Under the pieces are notes generated by a model. The model saw nothing but the letters and a program-made list of their open reading frames with translations. It searched no databases and had not been told where the DNA came from. A stretch of 64,000 bases of DNA from an uncultured Candidatus Saccharibacteria bacterium (GTDB lineage Bacteria > Patescibacteriota > Minisyncoccia > Phycocordibacterales > UBA918): positions 62,858-126,857 of the forward strand of contig CAYRMI010000002.1 in NCBI GenBank assembly GCA_964425625.1, given 5' to 3'. Positions 1-8,923 of this stretch are shown one piece after another. The position numbers and the translations under genes were made by a program. Numbering within the stretch: the stretch's first letter is position 1; each line of letters starts with the position of its first letter.

Positions 1-604
1 TGCGCTACTATATGCACTTTTCTTTCTCTTCTTTGCCTCATCTGTTTTTGTAGTTACTACGATAGACTCATCTTCTTCTACTATTGCTCTCATGGGGGAC
101 ATCGCAGCCGTCATGAGTATACTCATGTACCTCAGGGCTTTTTCTGTTCAAGAAAATATGAAGGCTGCCTGGAATCTAATTTTCCTCGGTCATCTATCTG
201 GCATCGCTTTTCTTTTCTTTGCGTCGCCAGAAAATATCGCACCGCTCCTTATGTACGCAGTTGGTATAGGAATAGCTTTTATAATTGGTTACGGTGTACT
301 TTATTATATGCAGATTAAAGAAAAGGACAGCTTTGCGCATTTCCATGGACACATCTATGAGTATCGCCGTTTAGGCAATTTCTTCTTTGTGATCTGCCTC
401 AGTTTTATGGCTTTTCCGATTACCCCTTCCTTTTTAGGGCAAGATATTCTACTTAGCACTCTCCATGGTGAGCATATGCTTCAGATTGTCCTGTTTGGCA
501 TCGCTTACGTAATTTCAGGTATTGCCATCATCCGCCTCTTCGCCAAAGTATTCTTTGGACCCCACCAGAAAACTTATCACGAGGTGGCTTATAAATCTTC
601 CTAA
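1..604 (+). CDS. Polytopic membrane protein, C-terminal fragment. Possibly a NuoL/M/N- or Mrp-antiporter-like subunit.
   Basis: The reading frame is open from position 2 with no stop before the listed Met at 92, so the gene starts left of the window. It is highly hydrophobic with multiple predicted TM helices. Its resemblance to the C-terminus of proton-pumping antiporter-like subunits is weak. Confidence 0.35.
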   Translation, partial: ALLYALFFLFFASSVFVVTTIDSSSSTIALMGDIAAVMSILMYLRAFSVQENMKAAWNLIFLGHLSGIAFLFFASPENIAPLLMYAVGIGIAFIIGYGVLYYMQIKEKDSFAHFHGHIYEYRRLGNFFFVICLSFMAFPITPSFLGQDILLSTLHGEHMLQIVLFGIAYVISGIAIIRLFAKVFFGPHQKTYHEVAYKSS

Positions 605-654
605 AAATCAAAATAGACGAAAGATAGACACAATATAAATACAGAATAAAAGGA

Positions 655-693
655 AACCCGCCCTACGCAGTTGCGCGGGGCGGGGCTTTTGGC
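655..693. terminator. Bidirectional rho-independent terminator between convergent genes.
   Basis: A GC-rich hairpin (CCCGCCC...GGGCGGG) is followed by TTTTGG on the + strand and preceded by AAAGGAAA, which is a T-run on the - strand. It sits between the stop at 604 (+) and the stop at 694 (-). Confidence 0.6.
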
Positions 694-1320
694 TTAAGTC
701 GCTTGTTTGCGGCTCAAAGCAGTGACGTCAAGGATGTGGCGAATTGCTTCTGTGGCGCATTCCTCAACCGTCTGACCAGTGAGGTAAATCGGTGGCTTCT
801 GACCCGTGCCCTCAAAATACTCGTTGATATCTCGTTCTTGTTTCGAACAGAAGTCCAACACATTGCTTTCTATTGGTTTCAGTACACGGTTGATGAAATA
901 CTGGGGTTTTGGCGTGCCACGAATGACACGCGCCGGTACAAGATGCTTATGCCAGAGCTCGGTGGCTTCATTCCGCGCTTGTGGACAGTCAGTCTCCGCA
1001 ATCGAATCGAGAAATACGTCCAGTCCGTACCGGAGCGTCACGACGATATTGCCAGAGGCAATGGCCGGCCGAATCCTCTTGACACCCGCCTCGTTGAACT
1101 CAGCGAAGGCTGTCACTAGGCGTGTGGTAGGGTGAAGGGCTCGGTGTGTCTCACTCCAGCGGATTGGAAGGGGTTTCTTGGAAACCACATTATCCATGAA
1201 TATGATCGGCAGATGTGGGTAATGCTCTAGCATCTGTCGTTGTGTTTCATAGAACACATTTTCTTTCTTATTGGCTCGTTGGCCAGAAAACGAAAATAGA
1301 AATCCGCTGCCGTCTGGCAT
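694..1320 (-). CDS. Hypothetical protein, 208 aa, with atypically high G+C.
   Basis: Long ORF with protein-like composition and no motif I recognise. G+C is visibly higher than the flanks. Plus-strand ORFs 703..1119 and 806..1135 overlap it and are likely antisense artefacts. Confidence 0.5.
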   Translation of the reverse strand: MPDGSGFLFSFSGQRANKKENVFYETQRQMLEHYPHLPIIFMDNVVSKKPLPIRWSETHRALHPTTRLVTAFAEFNEAGVKRIRPAIASGNIVVTLRYGLDVFLDSIAETDCPQARNEATELWHKHLVPARVIRGTPKPQYFINRVLKPIESNVLDFCSKQERDINEYFEGTGQKPPIYLTGQTVEECATEAIRHILDVTALSRKQAT

Positions 1321-1724
1321 ATATCCTCCGGTGTAGTTGGATGGGTAAAGGAACTGTACAACTCGTTTGTAAACAGGCTTTAGAGAAGTTTAGGTCGAAT
1401 CATAAATGATTCGAAACTAAAGGTCTGAAAACCTTAACCTACATGTTGTGATTGGATTCAGAAATCCAAGACAGAATACTACTACCACGCCTTGTGGTAG
1501 TCAATAATTTAACTGTGGGGACAATTCATGGCCTCAGAGCCGTATGATTTTGGAATCTTAAATCCAAGTCTGTCTTTTATGGTAAGCGCAGTGTTAATCG
1601 GCTTCCGTTATTAATATAAATCCTGGCTTTGTAGAGTTTTATACACCAAGTCACACTAATACTTTAGACGACTAATAACCTAGTTAGACTCGACGGTATT
1701 TTTCTTTTGTGATACATTGCTGGG

Positions 1725-2171
1725 GTGAGACAACAAGTATCAAAAGATATCGTGGTAGCAGCTTTAATCACCGATGAGAGTGGTAATGTTTTAATCGTTA
1801 AACCAGAATATAAGGAAGGGTGGATTTTTCCTGGCGGTTATGTAGAGGTAGGTGAATCTCCTAGTGAGGCCCTACAACGTGAAATATTAGCTGAAATTGG
1901 GATTGATATTGTCGCTCCTAAACGTCTTTTAAGTGTTGATTATCGTGGTCATTCGGAAGAATACATCATGTTTATCTTTGACGGTGGTGTTTTTACCAAA
2001 GACACCATTGATTCAATCAAATTACCGCCACGCTTACTTGAGTACAAATTTGTTTCACCTGAGGAAGCGGTAAAATTATTACGCGAAAAGAATGCTCGTC
2101 GTCTTATGCCAACCCTAGAAGCCCGTCAAAAAACTGGAATTGCGTATCTAGAGAACCAAGAGCTCTTCTAG
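1725..2171 (+). CDS. NUDIX hydrolase.
   Basis: Nudix box GGYVEVGESPSEALQREILAEIGI (GX5EX7REUXEEXGU). Length 148 aa is typical. Apparent GTG start. Confidence 0.85.
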   Translation: MRQQVSKDIVVAALITDESGNVLIVKPEYKEGWIFPGGYVEVGESPSEALQREILAEIGIDIVAPKRLLSVDYRGHSEEYIMFIFDGGVFTKDTIDSIKLPPRLLEYKFVSPEEAVKLLREKNARRLMPTLEARQKTGIAYLENQELF

Positions 2172-2268
2172 TACAAATGTAGTTTATACATTGGTATTAA
2201 GAAGAGTTTTTTGTTTTGTGTTTATTATGGGCACAAACTTATTTACTAAATAGTCTTTAATATTAATT

Positions 2269-3543
2269 ATGATTTTATTTGCCAGCCTGATTTTTATTAT
2301 CGGCTATATCGTTATCACTCTAGAACACCACTGGAAGATTAACAAATCGCTAACAGCGACCGCTTTGGCGGCTGTCTTATGGGGAGGTTTGGCACTTGCT
2401 GGTTATGACCATGTATTGATGGAGGAGGCTATTCATATGCTGTCAGCCGAAACCTTCTCTCTAGTAGTATTCTTGCTGTCAGCCATGACTTTGGTAGAAA
2501 TATTGGTCCATTACCGCTTTTTTGACTTATTGCGTGCTAAAATCTTTGCTCTTGGTCTTAAAGACGTCGGTCAGTTGGTGCTTATTTCCTCTATCGCTTT
2601 TGTCCTCTCGGCCATCATCGACAACCTAACTACCACCATCGTGATGGTGCAGATCGCTCGACGTTTCTTCAAGGGTACTAATCTCTTGGTAGCTGCGGGG
2701 GCGATTGTTGTGGCAGCTAACGCCGGAGGAGCCTTTTCGCCAATCGGTGACGTAACAACCATCATGTTGTGGTTGGCAGGAAAGTTCACCGCCTTGGAGA
2801 TTCTTCTCTGGGGATTTTTACCTGCATTGACTATTTATGTAGTGAGTATGTTGCTTTTTGTGCGTCAAATAAAAGGTGATACTTCAGATATAGTACCGAC
2901 TACTTTTGAAGAAGTAAATCTAACGTTCCCAGAAAAGACGATTATTGCCACCACTTTCGCTTCTTTTGCCTTACCGCCAATAGCTCATCTTTTTGGCCTG
3001 CCACCTTTTATGGGATTAATGCTTGGCGTAGGTATCGTTGGCTTGATGGTGGCCTGGTTTGCCAATACTGCCTCCGAACGTGAGTCGCACCTCTCGATGG
3101 ATATTGAAAAGCTCTTGGGTAAGTTAGATATTACCAGTTTACTATTTTTTATTGGTATCCTTTTTGCTGTTGGCGCCCTTGGCTTCTTAGGTATTCTTGA
3201 TCAGATATCTGGAGCGGTGTTTGGTGCTGAACCGGAGGCTTCTAGACTGATAGCGGGAAGTGTTTTCTTGGGTGTCTTCTCAGCTATCTTGGATAATATT
3301 CCACTGACGGCAGCGGCGCTTGATATTCTCCAAACTACCGACTCCCGCATTTGGATTCTTTTGGCTATCTGCGTTGGAACGGGCGGGTCAATGCTCGTTA
3401 TTGGTTCGGCCGCTGGTGTAGTGGCTATGGGTATGGTAAAAGAGCTTAGCTTTAAGCAATACCTTCATATTGCAACTATCCCAGCCACCGTTGGTTATGT
3501 GGCGGGCATTGGTGTGTGGTGTATACAGTATTGGTTGTTTTAG
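2269..3543 (+). CDS. ArsB/NhaD-superfamily ion transporter (Na+/H+ antiporter NhaD-like or CitMHS-like permease).
   Basis: 424-aa polytopic membrane protein. It has duplicated halves with IDNLTTTIVM and ILDNIPLTAAAL motifs typical of the ArsB/NhaD permease fold. Confidence 0.55.
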   Translation: MILFASLIFIIGYIVITLEHHWKINKSLTATALAAVLWGGLALAGYDHVLMEEAIHMLSAETFSLVVFLLSAMTLVEILVHYRFFDLLRAKIFALGLKDVGQLVLISSIAFVLSAIIDNLTTTIVMVQIARRFFKGTNLLVAAGAIVVAANAGGAFSPIGDVTTIMLWLAGKFTALEILLWGFLPALTIYVVSMLLFVRQIKGDTSDIVPTTFEEVNLTFPEKTIIATTFASFALPPIAHLFGLPPFMGLMLGVGIVGLMVAWFANTASERESHLSMDIEKLLGKLDITSLLFFIGILFAVGALGFLGILDQISGAVFGAEPEASRLIAGSVFLGVFSAILDNIPLTAAALDILQTTDSRIWILLAICVGTGGSMLVIGSAAGVVAMGMVKELSFKQYLHIATIPATVGYVAGIGVWCIQYWLF

Positions 3544-3556
3544 TTCTGTAAATTTT

Positions 3557-3591
3557 AAAAACCTCTAGTTCAAAAAACTAGAGGTTTTTTG
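3557..3591 (+). terminator. Rho-independent terminator.
   Basis: Perfect hairpin AACCTCTAGTT-caaaa-AACTAGAGGTT followed by TTTTTTG, immediately after the stop at 3543. Confidence 0.8.
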
Positions 3592-3616
3592 AAAATAAAG
3601 TATAGTAGATTAATAA

Positions 3617-6600
3617 ATGAAAAAATCATCAGCTAATATTTTGGAGCAAGCATTTTCTGAGGCACTTTCCGCACTAAATAAAGAGCAACGACGAGCGGTT
3701 GATACAATCGAAGGGCCAGTGATGGTGATTGCTGGTCCGGGTACTGGTAAGACACAAATTCTGACGCTTAGAATTGCTAATATTCTAATTAAGACAGACC
3801 TTCAGCCAGAAAATATTTTAGCTTTGACCTTTACTGACTCGGGAGTTAAAGCCATGCGCGAACGCTTACGTAAATACATCGGTGCGACAGCATATCGCGT
3901 TCCGATTTATACTTTTCATGGTTTTGCCCAGCATCTAATCAATCACTATCCTGATGCTTTCCCGAAAGTAATTGGCGGGCGTGCTATCACTGACGTGGAA
4001 AAGGTAGAAATTTTAGATGGGATACTTAAGGAGCCGTCTTTGAAGTTATTGCGTCCACTAGGCAATCAGACCTACTACGTACCACACTTGTTAGCAATCA
4101 TCAGTCATATGAAGCAGGAATATGTATCGGCTGATAATCTTAGTTTTATTATTGCCAAACAAGAAGAAGAACTTGTGGGTATAGAAAAGATTCATCAAAA
4201 AGGAGCCCATAAGGGGAAGGTAAGAGGTGAGTACAGCAAAATGGAGAAAGTTATCGAGAAAAATAAAGAACTGCAATATGTGTATCGGTACTATGAAGCT
4301 ACCTTAGCTTCGGCTCATCTTTATGATTTTGACGATATGATTGCTGAAGCAGTCAGAGCTCTAGTCGACGATGAAAACCTCTTACGAGAATTGCAGGAAA
4401 CCTACCAGTACATTTTGGCTGATGAACATCAAGACGTAAATGGAGCACAAAATAAAATCCTCGAGCAGTTATGTAATTTTCATCCCTCACCCAACATTTT
4501 TGTGGTTGGTGATGAGAAGCAAGCCATCTATCGTTTTCAGGGTGCATCGCTCAGTAACTTTCTTTACTTCACGGACGTTTTTCCGACGACAAAGACGATT
4601 GCACTAACTAGTAATTATCGTTCTGGCCAGCTAATTTTGGATGTCGCTCAGGAACTAATAACTTGTGATGATGAGTCGTTGATGAAGCTTCGGGTGCCCC
4701 TTAAGGCTGAGCTCGTAAAGGACGCAAAGATAGAAGAGCGTAAATTCTCTCATCAGGTAGTGGAAGATGATTGGCTGACTATGGCCGTAGTAGAACAGGT
4801 CAATAAAGGCGTACCGCCACAAGAAATAGCGGTCATTGTCAGGTCAAATAAAGAAGTAGAATCAATCACCGCCTTACTTAGAAAGGCTGGTCTGTCAGTC
4901 GTAGCCTCGGCCGATGGAGATATTCTCGATCATCCGATTACCAAAGTGGTGGAGTCATTGCTTAACGCAGTTTTGACTGATACTGATGAATCATCACTTT
5001 TGGCAGTTATTCATGGCGCTTATTGGGGAATAGAAACGGCTGATATTATCAAATTGGCCTCAACCAGGTCTTACCAGGAGTCGCTATCTAGTTTGATTGT
5101 AAATAAGGATCGCTTGGTAGCCATCGGTATTAGTGAGGTAGAAAAAATTCTTCGTATTGGTGAAGTTTTGGCGACGGCTCGATTGCGCGAAGTCCATGAA
5201 CCACCACATCGCGTTTTAGAATATTTATTGACGGCCAGTGGTTTAATTGAACATCTACTTACTCACGATCCTTATGAAGGAGTACGGGTGGTTAGGCGCT
5301 TGTATGATGAACTTGAGGCGATGGTGGTGCGTGATGGAGTAGCTACCTTGAAGGGAGTGAGTACTATTTTGGCAACTCGCCGACTTTACGGTCTACCGCT
5401 CTCGGCTCCATATTTAGCCACTGCAACTGAAGCGGTTCAAGTGATGACTGCTCACAAGTCAAAGGGACTGGAATTTTCAGTGGTCTTTGTACCGCATGTA
5501 CAAGATAATAACTGGGGTGGAAAAAACCGTGCCACCATGTTCAAACTACCCTTGACTAGCTTTGTCTCCAAGGACGAAGAAATTGATCCGATTGATGATG
5601 AAAAGCGACTTTTGTATGTAGCGATGACGCGAGCCAAGAAGGAGTTGTATATATCAAACTCCAAGCAGTCGATTGCTGGCAAGGAGCTCATGGATTCTAG
5701 ACTAATGACAGAGGCAGTGACAGCAAAACTAGTGCAAGCAGACGTACGTAAATTTGAGACCTCATTCTCACCGGTACGGGCGTTAAAAGAAAAGCCAATT
5801 AGTCAGGTTGATATCGCGATGATTAGAAAACTTATATTAGAGCGTGGATTGTCTGCCACTTCACTTAATAATCTGATTAAAAATCCCTGGGATTTTTTCT
5901 ACCGAAATATCTTAAGAGTACCGGAAGTTCAACCACTGCATATGCAGTTTGGTACTGTGATACACAATGTACTCGAGAAATCGACCGCTTTACATACTAA
6001 AGAAAAAACCTGGCCGACCATGAGTCAGGTGAAGTTTTGGCTAGAAGGTCAGTTACACCAGCTACCAATTCATACTGAGGAGTATACTAGGCTACACGAA
6101 AAAGGTTTGACCGTCTTGGTAGTGTATCTGGAGCATTTAAAAAACCAAGTCGTACATGATACGGTAGAAGAGTTGAAGGTGAGGGTACAGTTACCGTTAG
6201 ATTTACCGGATTTACCAGAAGTGATGTTGACGGGCAAGTTAGACCGTCTAGACTTAAACGCTGACGGACAGGCGGTCCGTGTAGTTGATTATAAGACTGG
6301 TAAACCAAAGACTCGAGGCTCGATTGAAGGCACTAACGCGAGTTCTGATGGTAGTTATAAGCGGCAGTTGACGTTTTATGCCTTACTACTTGATCTCTAC
6401 GATGATGAGCGTTACTGTACTCATTCTGGCACCCTTTCATTTGTTGAACCTAATACTAAAGGTCAAATAACAGAAGAGTTATTTATGATTACTGATGAAG
6501 AAATAGAAGCACTAAAGGTAGAGATTAAGGAGCATCTTAGTTTGGTGTTAAGTGGAGAGTTTTTACAAAATCGATTGTTGGCCGAAGAAAGTGAATATAA

Positions 6601-6637
6601 AGACTTAGCCTTGGCCTTAATTGATAACTTAAAATAA
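3617..6637 (+). CDS. UvrD/PcrA-family SF1 helicase with a C-terminal RecB-like PD-(D/E)XK nuclease domain (AddA-like).
   Basis: Walker A AGPGTGKTQ near the N-terminus. Motif II DEHQD. Motifs YRFQGA, TSNYRS and VMTAHKSKGLEF. The C-terminal nuclease motifs are GKLDRLD, VVDYKTGKPK and QLTFYALLL. Confidence 0.8.
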   Translation: MKKSSANILEQAFSEALSALNKEQRRAVDTIEGPVMVIAGPGTGKTQILTLRIANILIKTDLQPENILALTFTDSGVKAMRERLRKYIGATAYRVPIYTFHGFAQHLINHYPDAFPKVIGGRAITDVEKVEILDGILKEPSLKLLRPLGNQTYYVPHLLAIISHMKQEYVSADNLSFIIAKQEEELVGIEKIHQKGAHKGKVRGEYSKMEKVIEKNKELQYVYRYYEATLASAHLYDFDDMIAEAVRALVDDENLLRELQETYQYILADEHQDVNGAQNKILEQLCNFHPSPNIFVVGDEKQAIYRFQGASLSNFLYFTDVFPTTKTIALTSNYRSGQLILDVAQELITCDDESLMKLRVPLKAELVKDAKIEERKFSHQVVEDDWLTMAVVEQVNKGVPPQEIAVIVRSNKEVESITALLRKAGLSVVASADGDILDHPITKVVESLLNAVLTDTDESSLLAVIHGAYWGIETADIIKLASTRSYQESLSSLIVNKDRLVAIGISEVEKILRIGEVLATARLREVHEPPHRVLEYLLTASGLIEHLLTHDPYEGVRVVRRLYDELEAMVVRDGVATLKGVSTILATRRLYGLPLSAPYLATATEAVQVMTAHKSKGLEFSVVFVPHVQDNNWGGKNRATMFKLPLTSFVSKDEEIDPIDDEKRLLYVAMTRAKKELYISNSKQSIAGKELMDSRLMTEAVTAKLVQADVRKFETSFSPVRALKEKPISQVDIAMIRKLILERGLSATSLNNLIKNPWDFFYRNILRVPEVQPLHMQFGTVIHNVLEKSTALHTKEKTWPTMSQVKFWLEGQLHQLPIHTEEYTRLHEKGLTVLVVYLEHLKNQVVHDTVEELKVRVQLPLDLPDLPEVMLTGKLDRLDLNADGQAVRVVDYKTGKPKTRGSIEGTNASSDGSYKRQLTFYALLLDLYDDERYCTHSGTLSFVEPNTKGQITEELFMITDEEIEALKVEIKEHLSLVLSGEFLQNRLLAEESEYKDLALALIDNLK

Positions 6638-6672
6638 AAAGCACAGAGCATTAGCTCCGTGCTTTTTATTTT
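6636..6672. terminator. Bidirectional terminator between convergent genes.
   Basis: AAAAAGCACAGAGC-atta-GCTCCGTGCTTTTTATTTTTT hairpin with flanking A- and T-runs, between the stops at 6637 (+) and 6683 (-). Confidence 0.7.
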
Positions 6673-6682
6673 TTAAGGGCTT

Positions 6683-7453
6683 TTATTGTGCCTCACCCGC
6701 AGATTCTACTCCGCCTTCCAATTGACCAAGTAAGTTGTCAATTATTGATTTAACTACGGTGTATGGTTGAGCGCCTTCGATTGGTGCTAGTTGGTTGCCA
6801 ACAATCACAAATGACTGTGGTGTGCCTTGGATACCAGCTTTTACCCCATCATTTAGGCTCTGGGCTAGCACTGGGTCTTGTTCGCCTGATTCTAGGCAGT
6901 CTACCAGAGCCTCCTTATTTACGCCTACCTTTTCCGCATATTCAGGTAGTTTTGAGATATTGGTTGGTTCGTTAGTGCCACGTTCAGTAAATACTAAGTC
7001 AGAAAAATCCCAGAAAGCATCATTACCACCGAGTTTTCCAACACAGAGTGCGGTTAAAGAAATTCTCTCTGCGTTTGGATGAAGTTGGGCTAACGGAAAT
7101 TGACGGTATACCCACGCTACTTTGCCACTGACACCATATTCATCCATTATTCTAGTCATAGTATCGTGGAAACTTTTACAAAATGGGCAATCGTAGTCAG
7201 AGTACTCAACAATTAAGATTTGCGCATTTGGATTACCTTTAATAAAGTCAGCACCATCCACTGGTCTAATGTCGTCTTTGGTGATGGCGGCTTTTTGGGG
7301 AGCATTTTGTGCGACTTGTTCCGGGGCTGGAGTGTTGCTACTGCCCATACCACTAAAATAAATAGCTAGCGCAATAAGTCCAAAGCCAGCTACAATGGCG
7401 ATTGGTATAGCTAGTGATGCGACGGTACTTTCTGATTGAGGTGTTGGTTCCAT
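6683..7453 (-). CDS. Membrane-anchored DsbA-family thiol:disulfide oxidoreductase.
   Basis: N-terminal TM helix followed by a low-complexity linker. The thioredoxin fold carries the CPFC active site (YSDYDCPFCKSFH). Confidence 0.8.
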   Translation of the reverse strand: MEPTPQSESTVASLAIPIAIVAGFGLIALAIYFSGMGSSNTPAPEQVAQNAPQKAAITKDDIRPVDGADFIKGNPNAQILIVEYSDYDCPFCKSFHDTMTRIMDEYGVSGKVAWVYRQFPLAQLHPNAERISLTALCVGKLGGNDAFWDFSDLVFTERGTNEPTNISKLPEYAEKVGVNKEALVDCLESGEQDPVLAQSLNDGVKAGIQGTPQSFVIVGNQLAPIEGAQPYTVVKSIIDNLLGQLEGGVESAGEAQ

Positions 7454-7522
7454 AGATTAAATATTGATTAGTATGAGTTTATTCTAGCATATTTTTTATT
7501 TCTCCAATGTTATACTGTTGAA

Positions 7523-8329
7523 ATGGATTTATTAGTTTCTACATTACTTGGCTTGGTTCAAGGTTTAACCGAGTTTTTACCAATTTCCTCGTCAGGGCAC
7601 GTTATTTTGATACGGGATTTTTGGGCTGTCAGTGAGGCTTATGCTTTAGCTACCGAGTCGGTCTTATTACTCTTTGGCACACTAGCAATTATTACTTATT
7701 TCCGTTTGGACTTGTGGATACTCGTGCAGGCATTGATCCGCAAGCTTGGTCGTTTACCGGCCAACGAAAAAGACCTTACTTTGCTCTACGCTCTGATCGT
7801 AGGTACTATTCCCGGTGTAATTTTAGGATTATCACTTGAAAGTTGGCTTAGTGAATTTAAAAGTGCTTCTGTAGTAGCTGGTGTGTGGTTTTGTTCGGCT
7901 ATATTTATGATGTATGCGGAATGGCGCTATTATCTACAGCCACCTCGTAGTAGTTTAACTATCCACCGGGGTTTACTTATTGGCTTATTCCAAGCTCTAG
8001 CTTTGTTACCGGGGTTTTCGCGACTGGGAGCCACTGTAGCCGGTGGTATGTTGCTCGGGCTATCGAGAATTGAAGCGGCTCGTTTCTCTTTTTTATTGGG
8101 GATACCAGTTACGCTTGGAGTGGGGAGTAAAAAATTACTAGAGCTATTAGCCTTAAACGAAGCGATTGATTGGTTACCAGTGATGGTCGGGGGTGTCGTA
8201 TGCTATTTTTTTGCTCTCATTACTATTCATTTCTTCCTTGGTCTACTTAGGCGTTATACATTATGGCCGTTTGTTTGGTACAGCATTATTGTCTCTGGTA
8301 TGGTGGCTTATTTTGCGATCTTTTTATAA
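7523..8329 (+). CDS. uppP: Undecaprenyl-diphosphatase.
   Basis: N-terminal signature GLTEFLPISSSGH. Polytopic, 268 aa. Confidence 0.9.
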   Translation: MDLLVSTLLGLVQGLTEFLPISSSGHVILIRDFWAVSEAYALATESVLLLFGTLAIITYFRLDLWILVQALIRKLGRLPANEKDLTLLYALIVGTIPGVILGLSLESWLSEFKSASVVAGVWFCSAIFMMYAEWRYYLQPPRSSLTIHRGLLIGLFQALALLPGFSRLGATVAGGMLLGLSRIEAARFSFLLGIPVTLGVGSKKLLELLALNEAIDWLPVMVGGVVCYFFALITIHFFLGLLRRYTLWPFVWYSIIVSGMVAYFAIFL

Positions 8330-8340
8330 GATAAAACCAT

Positions 8341-8916
8341 TTAAAATAATAGAGAATGGGTTAGAATCGATTCTTCTTTAACACCCCAAGTAGAAGTATC
8401 AAGGATAATCTCGCGCTTACGTGAGCCGTCTTTGAACTTAACATGGCCATTTTTGAGTGCGTAGTCAAATATTTTTTTTGTTACTCTTACATCCTGCTCA
8501 CAGTATTTTTTGATCTCATCTATTTTACCCTCGTTCCACCATCTAACTGCCTGTAGGCCATTGGCCGATTTTTTAGCACCGACCGTAGCTTCAGCCACGC
8601 TATCTAGACGTAATCGTCGACCCAGTGATTTTCTAATTTCTTCGAGGAGATCGATACTTTTAATTTGTGTTAGATCGCCTGGATAGTATTTATTTAATAG
8701 TGGGATGTCAAAGTGATTGCTGTTGTATCCGACCAAGGCATCTGCTTGTTCTAGGATTGGCCAGACCTTATGCAACTCGTCGATGGTTATGGTGGTGTAG
8801 GTATCGGTTTCGCTATCATAGAAGGTACCGACTGAAATATCCAAATCAACCGGGTTATTGCTACCTACATCATGAAAAATATTTTGTGTTTCTAGATCAA
8901 AAATTACATACCGCAT
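8341..8916 (-). CDS. DEDD-family 3'-5' exonuclease (RNase H-like fold).
   Basis: Exo I FDLET, Exo II NHFDIPLL and Exo III YCEQDV motifs in the canonical order. 191 aa. Confidence 0.65.
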   Translation of the reverse strand: MRYVIFDLETQNIFHDVGSNNPVDLDISVGTFYDSETDTYTTITIDELHKVWPILEQADALVGYNSNHFDIPLLNKYYPGDLTQIKSIDLLEEIRKSLGRRLRLDSVAEATVGAKKSANGLQAVRWWNEGKIDEIKKYCEQDVRVTKKIFDYALKNGHVKFKDGSRKREIILDTSTWGVKEESILTHSLLF

Positions 8917-8923
8917 AGACAGA

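Noticed and set aside
1-604. Calling the first ORF a complex I NuoN subunit.
   Set aside because: Only a hydrophobic C-terminal fragment is visible and no other complex I genes are in the window. The call is kept generic as a membrane protein fragment.
703-1135. Plus-strand ORFs 703..1119 and 806..1135.
   Set aside because: They lie entirely within and antisense to the longer, more protein-like minus-strand ORF 694..1320 in a G+C-rich stretch.
1386-1440. GGTCGAATC resembling a tRNA T-arm.
   Set aside because: No acceptor stem or cloverleaf can be drawn. The sequence is a simple 9-bp inverted repeat (TCGAATCAT/ATGATTCGA).
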